In this document: in pieces, positions 57,147 through 64,000 of the stretch
How positions within the stretch are numbered: position 1 is the first letter of the stretch
Layout: every line of letters starts with the position of its first letter
Assembly: GCA_963805975.1 (NCBI GenBank)
Contig: CAWDVR010000002.1
Coordinates: 992,001 to 1,056,000, forward strand
Length of the DNA: 64,000 nucleotides
Direction: 5' to 3'
Origin: an uncultured Acidobacteriota bacterium
Lineage (GTDB): Bacteria; Acidobacteriota; Thermoanaerobaculia; Multivoradales; SZUA-115
The notes under the pieces: model-generated
What the model was told of the DNA's origin: nothing
The model's database searches: none
Seen by the model: the letters and a program-made list of their open reading frames with translations, nothing else
Program-made: the position numbers and the translations under genes

Positions 57147-57398
57147 ATGAGCGAAGACCAGCTTCTGGAGCGCATCACGGTCAACCCGGCGATCTTCGGC
57201 GGCAAGCCCATCGTGCGCGGGCGACGGCTCGCCGTCGAGCATGTTCTCGGCATGCTGGCGACCGGGGACAGCGTCGAGACCCTCCTCGAAGGCTATCCCT
57301 GGCTCGAGCGGGAAGACGTTCTCGCCTGCCTGGCCTACGCGCGGCGCCTTGTGGGCCACGAGCGAGTCGAGCCTCGCGTCCAAGTTCTCGCCTCGTGA
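57147..57398 (+). CDS. DUF433 antitoxin
   Basis: RITVNPAIFGGKPIVRGRR..YPWL..EDV.ACL.YA. Confidence 0.92.
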   Translation: MSEDQLLERITVNPAIFGGKPIVRGRRLAVEHVLGMLATGDSVETLLEGYPWLEREDVLACLAYARRLVGHERVEPRVQVLAS

Positions 57399-57742
57399 GA
57401 CTCCTCCTCGATTCCTGCGTCTGGGGGCGCACTTGTGAGCCGCTCGCGCAGGCGGGCCACGACGCGGTGTGGGTCGGCACCTGGGAACAGGACCCAGGGG
57501 ACGAAGAAATCCTGCAACACGCCTTGCGGGAGAACCGCGTTCTGGTGACGCTCGACAAAGACTTCGGCGAGCTGGCGGTGGTGAAGGGCCAAGCCCACGC
57601 CGGGATCATCCGGCTCGTCGGCTTTTCGGCTCGCGAGCAGGCCGAGGTCTGCCTCGAGCTCCTCGCTCGCTATGGCGAAGAGCTGGCGGCTGGGAGCCTG
57701 ATCACGGCCGACCCCGTGCGGGTGAGAATTCGCCCCGGCTGA
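57395..57742 (+). CDS. DUF5615 PIN-like toxin
   Basis: MRLLLD, DEEIL, VLVTLDKDFGEL; GTGA overlap. Confidence 0.9.
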   Translation: MRLLLDSCVWGRTCEPLAQAGHDAVWVGTWEQDPGDEEILQHALRENRVLVTLDKDFGELAVVKGQAHAGIIRLVGFSAREQAEVCLELLARYGEELAAGSLITADPVRVRIRPG

Positions 57743-57786
57743 GCGTCAATAAGGAGGGGGGCATGCTCCGATCGCACCCGCCCCCC

Positions 57787-59187
57787 TCACACCGTCCGCG
57801 AATACACCGGCCGGCCCCGTTCCCGCTGTGCTTCGAGGTAGCGGTCGAAGGCCATGCAGAGGTTGCGCACAAAGATCCGGCCGGGCTCGGTGACGCGCAG
57901 CGCACGTCCCTCGTCCACGACCAGGCCGGCGGCGCGCGCTCCGTCCGGCTGCGCCAGCTCGGCGAGCGGGCCGGCGAAGTAGTGGTCGAAGTCGATGCCG
58001 AAGCGCCGCTCGACCTCGTCCTTGTCGAGCACGAAATTGCACATCAACTGGCGGATCACGTGCTGGCGCAGGCGGTCGTCGTCGTCCAGCAGGTAGCCGC
58101 GCTCGATCGGCAGCCGGCCGGCGTCGAGCGCCCGGTAGTAGGCCGGAAGCTTGCGCTCGTTCTGGAAGTACGCCCCTTCCACCTCGCCGATGCCGGAGAC
58201 CCCGAGGGCGACCATCGCCGAGGCCGGCTGCACGGTGTAGCCCATGAAATTGCGGTCGAGCCGCGAGGCGTGGGCGGCGCGCGCCAGCTCGTCGCCGGGC
58301 AGGGCGAAATGGTCCATGCCGATCGACTCGTAGCCGGCGCCGAGCATTCGTTCGAGGGCCATCGAATAGAGCGCCAGCTTGACCTCGCCCGCCGGCAGGG
58401 CTGCCACGTCGATGCGCTTCTGGTGCGGCCGGGCCCACGGCACGTAGGCGAAGGAGTACATGGCCACACGATCGGGCTTGAGCTCCAGCAGGCGGTCGAG
58501 ATTGGTCTCGAAGGTCGCCTCGTCCTGGCGCGGCAATCCGTAGACGAGGTCGAAGTTGATGCCCTCGCAGAAGCCGAGATCGCGCGCCGCCTCGACGATG
58601 GTGCGGGTCTCCTCGAAGGTCTGGCCGCGCCCGATCGCCTCCTGGACCGCGGGGGTGAAGTCCTGGACTCCCAGCGACAGCCGGTTGAAGCCGAGACGGG
58701 CCAGGGTCTCGAGATGGTCGCGCGTCGTGAAGCGCGGATCGACCTCGATCGCTATCTCGGCGCCGGGCTCGAAGGCGAACCGTCCCGTCACGGCCGCGAA
58801 CAGCTCCTCGAGCTCGGTCGGCGAGAGGTAGGTCGGCGTGCCGCCGCCCCACTGCATCTGGGCGAGCGAGCGCCGCTGCGGCAGGCGCTCGGCCAGGAGA
58901 TCGATCTCGCGCCGGAGATAGTCGAGGTAGGTCCGAGCGACCTCGTGATGCGGCGTCGGGACGAAGTGACAGGCGCAGAAGGTGCAGGTTCTCTCGCAGA
59001 ACGGGATGTGCACGTAGAGGCTGAGCGCTTGCCGGTCCTGGTCGGCGCGGGCCAGGCGCTCGAGGTACGACGTTTCACCCACACCCTCGTGAAACTCGAC
59101 CGCGGTCGGGTACGAGGTGTAGCGCGGCCCGGAGCGATCGAAGCGGCGGACCAGCTCGGGGTCGACGCGGAGGCGCTCGCCGCTCAT
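57787..59187 (-). CDS. hemN: oxygen-independent coproporphyrinogen III oxidase
   Basis: GPRYTSYP, HIPFCERTCTFCAC, GGGTPT, RNFMGY. Confidence 0.95.
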   Translation of the reverse strand: MSGERLRVDPELVRRFDRSGPRYTSYPTAVEFHEGVGETSYLERLARADQDRQALSLYVHIPFCERTCTFCACHFVPTPHHEVARTYLDYLRREIDLLAERLPQRRSLAQMQWGGGTPTYLSPTELEELFAAVTGRFAFEPGAEIAIEVDPRFTTRDHLETLARLGFNRLSLGVQDFTPAVQEAIGRGQTFEETRTIVEAARDLGFCEGINFDLVYGLPRQDEATFETNLDRLLELKPDRVAMYSFAYVPWARPHQKRIDVAALPAGEVKLALYSMALERMLGAGYESIGMDHFALPGDELARAAHASRLDRNFMGYTVQPASAMVALGVSGIGEVEGAYFQNERKLPAYYRALDAGRLPIERGYLLDDDDRLRQHVIRQLMCNFVLDKDEVERRFGIDFDHYFAGPLAELAQPDGARAAGLVVDEGRALRVTEPGRIFVRNLCMAFDRYLEAQRERGRPVYSRTV

Positions 59188-60242
59188 ACGAAAGCGGAGC
59201 CTACCGAGGTCCGCTGGTGAACGTGGTCGACGAGGCGCGCCACCTTGTCGGGATCGGTCGTGGGCTCGATGCCGTGACCGAGGTTGAAGATGTGGCCCGG
59301 CGCCGGGCCCGCCGCGTCGAGCACGTGGTCGGCCTGCCGGTCGAGCTCTTCGTCCGGGGCGAAGAGCGCCGCCGGGTCCAGATTGCCCTGCACGGCGAGG
59401 CCGGGGCCGGCGATCTCGCGGGCCCGGGCGAGAGGCATGCGCCAGTCGACGCCGAGAACCTCGACGGGCAGCTTCGAGGCGCTTTCGAGCAGGGTCGCTC
59501 CCTGGTACGGGAAATAGATGCGCGGCAGGCCGAGCGGGCCCAGGGCCTCCAGAATCTTCCGCATCGGCGGCAGGGCGAAGCGCCGGAACTCCGCCGGCCC
59601 GAGCAACCCGGCCCAGGAATCGAACACCATCAGCGCCCGTGCACCGGCGCGCGCCTGGGCCGCGAGGTAGGCGATCGAGAGGTCGGCGAGCCAGTCGAGC
59701 AAACGCACCGCCGCTGCCGGCTCGGCGTAGAGAAACGACCGGGCGGTGATGAAGCTCTTCGAAGCCTTGCCCTCGACGAGGTAGCAGAAGAGCGTGAACG
59801 GCGCGCCCGCGAAGCCGATCAGCGGCACCTCGGGTGGAAGCTCGGTGGAGAGCGCACGGAGGGTCGCCGTCACGTAGGGAAAGCTCTCCTCGAGGTCGTG
59901 CCGCCGCAGTGCATCGACCGCCGCGGGAGTCCGTACCGGCCGTTCGAGCACCGGCCCAGGCGAGAAGGTGAGGCCCAGGCCGAGGCCGTCGAGCGGGGTC
60001 ATGATGTCGGCGAAGAGGATGGCGGCATCGAGCGCGAAGCGCCGGATCGGTTGCAGCGTGACCTCGGCCGCCAGCTCCGGCGTGCGCATCACGGTCAGGA
60101 AGTCGTGTTTCTCGCGCAGCGCCCGGTACTCGGGCAGGTAGCGGCCGGCCTGCCGCATGATCCAAATCGGCGTGTGCGCGGCCGGCAACCGGCGGCAGGC
60201 GGCGAGAAACGGCGGCAGCGGTGGCGAGGCGCCGTCGATCAC
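59184..60242 (-). CDS. hemE: uroporphyrinogen decarboxylase
   Basis: WIMRQAGRYLPEY, QGNLDP, FNLGHG. Confidence 0.95.
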   Translation of the reverse strand: MIDGASPPLPPFLAACRRLPAAHTPIWIMRQAGRYLPEYRALREKHDFLTVMRTPELAAEVTLQPIRRFALDAAILFADIMTPLDGLGLGLTFSPGPVLERPVRTPAAVDALRRHDLEESFPYVTATLRALSTELPPEVPLIGFAGAPFTLFCYLVEGKASKSFITARSFLYAEPAAAVRLLDWLADLSIAYLAAQARAGARALMVFDSWAGLLGPAEFRRFALPPMRKILEALGPLGLPRIYFPYQGATLLESASKLPVEVLGVDWRMPLARAREIAGPGLAVQGNLDPAALFAPDEELDRQADHVLDAAGPAPGHIFNLGHGIEPTTDPDKVARLVDHVHQRTSVGSAFV

Positions 60243-60252
60243 GCGGTTTCCA

Positions 60253-61242
60253 TCACCGTGGCTCCCGGAGCCAGCGGGCCACCTGGGGCGCGAAGTAGGT
60301 GAGGATGATGTCGGCGCCGGCCCGCTTGATGCCGGTCAGGCTCTCGAGCACCACGCGGCGCTCGTCGAGAAAGCCGCGTTCGGCGGCAGCCTTGATCAGG
60401 CTGTACTCCCCGGAAACCTGGTAGGCCGCGGTCGGCATGCCGAAGGCGTCCTTCACCCGCCGCACGACGTCGAGATACGGCCCCGCCGGCTTCACCATCA
60501 CGATGTCGGCGCCCTCCTCGATGTCGAGCGCCACCTCGCGCAGGGCCTCCAGGGCGTTGGCCGGGTCCATCTGATAGGCCTTGCGGTCGCCGAAGGCCGG
60601 AGTGGAGCCGGCCGCTTCGCGGAACGGCCCGTAGAAGGCCGAGGCGTACTTCGCGGCATAGGAGACGATCGGCAGATCGGGAAAGCCGCCCTCGTCGAGC
60701 GCCGCGCGCAGCGCTCCCACCCGGCCGTCCATCATGTCGGAAGGGGCCACGGCATCGGCGCCCGCCGCGGCATAGGCGAGCGCCGACCGGGCGAGAAGCG
60801 GCAGCGTCTCGTCGTTCTTCACACGGCCCTCGCCGTCGAGCACTCCGCAATGCCCGTGGCTGGTGTACTCACAGAGGCAGACGTCGGCCCAGACCAGGAG
60901 CTCCGGCAGCGCGGCCTTGAGGGCGCGGATGGCGCGCGGCACGATACCGTCCGCAGAGTAGCCTTCGCTGCCCAGGGGGTCCTTGTGCTCCGGGATGCCG
61001 AACAGGATCACCGCCGGCACACCCGGCTCGTGCGCGGCGCGGGCCTCGATCACCAACTGGTCGATCGAGAGCTGGCAGATGCCCGGCATGCTCCCCACCG
61101 GGTTGCGCACCCCCTCGCCGGGGACCACGAACATCGGGTACACCAGGTCCGCCGCCCGCAGGTGGGTCTCGGCCACCATGTCGCGCCAGGCGGCAGAAGC
61201 GCGCAGCCGGCGCGGGCGTTGTTGGGGGAAGGGCATCGTCAA
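60253..61242 (-). CDS. hemB: porphobilinogen synthase
   Basis: [33 protein letters not shown]. Confidence 0.96.
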   Translation of the reverse strand: MTMPFPQQRPRRLRASAAWRDMVAETHLRAADLVYPMFVVPGEGVRNPVGSMPGICQLSIDQLVIEARAAHEPGVPAVILFGIPEHKDPLGSEGYSADGIVPRAIRALKAALPELLVWADVCLCEYTSHGHCGVLDGEGRVKNDETLPLLARSALAYAAAGADAVAPSDMMDGRVGALRAALDEGGFPDLPIVSYAAKYASAFYGPFREAAGSTPAFGDRKAYQMDPANALEALREVALDIEEGADIVMVKPAGPYLDVVRRVKDAFGMPTAAYQVSGEYSLIKAAAERGFLDERRVVLESLTGIKRAGADIILTYFAPQVARWLREPR

Positions 61243-63041
61243 GCTCCTGGCGCAAGGGCTGGTTGCGGGTCGAGCGCGTTCGTCAGCGCGGCCACCAGAC
61301 CGTCGAGTGTACTCGGCCGGGCTTCGGCGTCGGGTGCACGGCCATGGGAGAGCAAGGCCCGCGTCGTGGTCGGGCCGATCGAGACCACGAGCCGCCCACG
61401 GAGCGCGGCGGCGAAGTCTGCGGCTCCGAGAGCCTCTTCGAGTCCGGCGACGGCCGACGGGCTGGTGAAGGTGATCGCATCGACCTCTCCGGCGGCGAGA
61501 GCGGCGCGGCAGACTGCGGCATCGAGCCCGGCCGGCAAGGTCCGATAGGCCTCGACGCTCGTGACCTCCGCGCCGAGCTCGCTCAATCCATGGGCCAGCT
61601 CGGGCCGGGTCAGGGCGCTCGACGGCAGCAGGACACGGGCGCCGGGAGCGTCACCGGCGGCACGGAAGCTCTCGACCAGGCCTGCGGCGCGGAAGTCGGC
61701 AGGCATGCGCTCGACCCGCCAGCCGGCCCGCTCCGCCGCCGCCGCGGTCTCCGGCCCGACGGCCGCGACCCGGAGCCCCCGTGGAGCGGGCAGAGCCACC
61801 GCAGTCAGGGCGGCCACCGCGTGGGCGCTCGTGAAGACCACCCAGTCGTAGCGGTCGAGGCTCATCCCGGCCTCGGTCAGGGGCCCAGGGTCGGCCGGCG
61901 GAGCGATCGCGACCGCGTTCCAGCGCAGCGCGCGGGCGCCCAAATGGGCCAGGCGCCGTTCGAGCGGCCCGCCGGGCGGCTCCGCGCGGGTGATGGCGAC
62001 GACCCGCCCGGCGAGAGGCAGTAGGGGCGACCGGCGGTCGCCCTCCGAGCGCAGCCGGATCGCTGCCAGAATCTCCCCCGCCCCGCGAGCCAGGAGCTCC
62101 TCGGCGAGCGCCAGGCCCAGAGCCTCGGCGTCATCCGCCTCACCCTCGAGCCGGCCCTCCACGGCTTTGCGGCCGTCGAGCGAGCAGACGATGCCGGCGA
62201 TCGTGAGCCGGGTGCCCTCGATCTCGGCGAGCGCGCCCACGGGGACCTGGCAGCCGCCTTCGAGCCGGGCGAGGAACGCCCGTTCGGCAGCCGTCGCGGC
62301 GCGGGTAGCGGCATCGTCGAGCCGTTCCACCCAGGAACGGGTTTCGGTGTCAGCCTCCCGGACCTGGACCGCGATGGCACCTTGCCCCGGCGCGGGCAGC
62401 GCTCGTGCCGTGGGCAGGAAGGCGCTGATCCGGCCCGCAAGGCCCAGTCGCTTGACGCCGGCCGCGGCCAGCACGATGGCGTCCATGCAGCTCTTGTCCA
62501 GGGCCCCCTCGTCGAGATGTCGAATGCGGGTCGGCACGTTGCCGCGCAGGTCGACCAGCTCGAGGTCCGGCCGCCAGCGGGCGAGGAGCGCTCGCCGGCG
62601 CAGGCTGCAGGTGCCGACGCGGGCGCCGGCAGGAAGCGTGTCGAGCGTCCCGCCGTCGAGCGCTCTCGGCGCGGCACCCTGGCGGGCGATCAGCACGTCG
62701 CGTGGGTCCTCGCGCGCCAGCACGGCGCCGAGAGCCAGGCCGGGGGGCTCGCTGGTGGCGAGGTCCTTCAAGCTGTGGACGGCGAGGTCGATCTCGGCGC
62801 TCGACAAGGCGTGCTCGATCTCCCGGGTGAAGAAGTCCTTGCCGGCGACCTGCGACAGCGGCAGGTCGGTGACCCGGTCGCCCTGGGTGCGGATCACCAC
62901 CAGCTCGGTCGGCGGCGCACCGGGCAGGGCGGCGAGTTGCTCCGCGACGTGGCGAGCCTGCCAGAGGGCCAGCTCCGAGCCACGGGTACCGATGCGGAGC
63001 GAGCCTGACGAACGCGGCGGCGAGCCTTGGTGAGACATCAT
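61239..63041 (-). CDS. hemC: fused hydroxymethylbilane synthase / uroporphyrinogen-III synthase (HemC-HemD)
   Basis: [32 protein letters not shown], then VAITR, FTSAHAV, FTSPSAV, SIGPTT in one frame. Confidence 0.92.
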   Translation of the reverse strand: MMSHQGSPPRSSGSLRIGTRGSELALWQARHVAEQLAALPGAPPTELVVIRTQGDRVTDLPLSQVAGKDFFTREIEHALSSAEIDLAVHSLKDLATSEPPGLALGAVLAREDPRDVLIARQGAAPRALDGGTLDTLPAGARVGTCSLRRRALLARWRPDLELVDLRGNVPTRIRHLDEGALDKSCMDAIVLAAAGVKRLGLAGRISAFLPTARALPAPGQGAIAVQVREADTETRSWVERLDDAATRAATAAERAFLARLEGGCQVPVGALAEIEGTRLTIAGIVCSLDGRKAVEGRLEGEADDAEALGLALAEELLARGAGEILAAIRLRSEGDRRSPLLPLAGRVVAITRAEPPGGPLERRLAHLGARALRWNAVAIAPPADPGPLTEAGMSLDRYDWVVFTSAHAVAALTAVALPAPRGLRVAAVGPETAAAAERAGWRVERMPADFRAAGLVESFRAAGDAPGARVLLPSSALTRPELAHGLSELGAEVTSVEAYRTLPAGLDAAVCRAALAAGEVDAITFTSPSAVAGLEEALGAADFAAALRGRLVVSIGPTTTRALLSHGRAPDAEARPSTLDGLVAALTNALDPQPALAPGA

Positions 63042-63661
63042 CCCGCGGCTTTGACGAGCGCTTCGAGGAGCGCGGAACGCGTCGCCGCCTGCTGCGCTTC
63101 GCGGCTGACGGTCGCTTCGCCGTCGAAGAGCTGATGACCGTAGTGGCCGAACTGAGAGTGATTGCCTCCCTCGATCTCCACCCACGTCGTGTGCTCCGGC
63201 AGCAGCCCCTTGTTGGACAGGACTCGATCCGGAGGAGCGATGCCGTCGTTCGAGGCGATCACGCTCCCTGCACGACCCATCGCGGTCCTCCTGTGCGATT
63301 CGAAGGGTGCGAAGCGATAGGGCAATTTCACCACGAAGACGGCGTAGCCGGCCTCGGCGATCGGCCGCAGCAGCGGGGCGTAAGCCTGGGCAGCAACACC
63401 GGGACCGCACAGGAAGACGAGCGCCGCCCGACTCTCGGACCTGGCGGGCAGGAATTCCAACGTGGCAGCCGAGTCCACCACGGAGACCTCGGGACTGCTC
63501 CGCAGAGTCTCCTCGTCGACTCCGCGGGTCCGAACGGAGTTGACCAGCCAGGAGGTCGACACGACGGCCCAGACCAGGAAACCACGTCGAGCCCAGCGGT
63601 GGATCCTGGACCGTCCTCGATCCTTCGTCGCTACCGCGCGGGTCATGACGTGCCCGCTCAT
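63038..63661 (-). pseudogene. alpha/beta hydrolase apparently lacking its nucleophile segment
   Basis: AYAPLLR.IAEAGY, ASNDG, IEGGNHSQFG.YG.Q present but no GxSxG; open frame. Confidence 0.6.
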
Positions 63662-64000
63662 CCGGCCTCGGCGAGCGCCAGGGCCAGATCGGCAGACAGG
63701 CGCCCGAGGTCGCCGCGAGTGTGCGCCACCGACAGGAAGCCGACCTCGTAGGCCGAAGGCGCCAGAGCGATGCCGCGGGCGAGCAGGGCGTGAAAGACCG
63801 CGCCGTAGCGGGCCGCCGCGCGCGGGTCGATGTGCTCGGCGCGCCGCGGGGCCTCGCCCGCCTGGAGCGACAGCCAGAAGAGCGAGCCCAGGCGCACCAG
63901 CCGCACGGGAAAGGGCGCCGCGGCGAGAACCGGCTCGAGGGCCTGCTCGAGCGCGGCACCCAGCTCTTCGAGGCGGGCCCATACCCCGTCGCGTTCGAGG
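63658..64000 (-). CDS. hemL: glutamate-1-semialdehyde 2,1-aminomutase, C-terminal fragment
   Basis: FHALLARGIALAPSAYEVGFLSVAH; position at head of hem operon. Confidence 0.8.
   Translation of the reverse strand, partial: LERDGVWARLEELGAALEQALEPVLAAAPFPVRLVRLGSLFWLSLQAGEAPRRAEHIDPRAAARYGAVFHALLARGIALAPSAYEVGFLSVAHTRGDLGRLSADLALALAEAG

Noticed and set aside
61239-63041. HemC-HemD fusion as a novelty
   Set aside because: Such fusions are already known in several bacterial groups; recorded as a feature only

Overview
High-GC bacterial DNA, probably Acidobacteriota: it carries an ADOP-type duplicated permease, and the gene set fits Thermoanaerobaculia-like lineages (inference). About 68 CDS can be supported. 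I saw no rRNA, tRNA, CRISPR array or transposase. Housekeeping blocks: IscA/YgfZ, an AtuA/enoyl-CoA hydratase/carboxyltransferase cluster, an M16 peptidase pair, a CysM-JAMM-sulfur carrier-MoeZ operon plus a MoaD-MoaE fusion, a two-permease RND system, FadJ, CyoE-SCO-DUF420, and hemL-hemCD-hemB-hemE-hemN. There are also three type II toxin-antitoxin pairs. The standout is a compact contractile injection system (CIS) locus at about 27.8-41.7 kb. It encodes cap, sheath, tube, tube initiator, VgrG, PAAR-like, gp25, a baseplate with an inserted Asp-box propeller, and a tail-I protein. It has no recognisable tail fibre, AAA+ ATPase, lysis or toxin gene. Instead it ends in two paralogous single-pass membrane proteins that share an N-terminal Ig-like domain but have different outer domains (a 6-repeat lectin-like propeller versus Cys-rich repeats), plus further membrane proteins. 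A shared G(T/A)(T/A)AC-N17/18-GCCTAAG motif precedes all three apparent transcription units. I infer a membrane-tethered, receptor-coupled CIS. Two REP-like palindrome families have invaded coding sequence, including one CIS gene. Four single-base frameshifts look like assembly errors. All family assignments come from reading motifs by eye; no searches were run.
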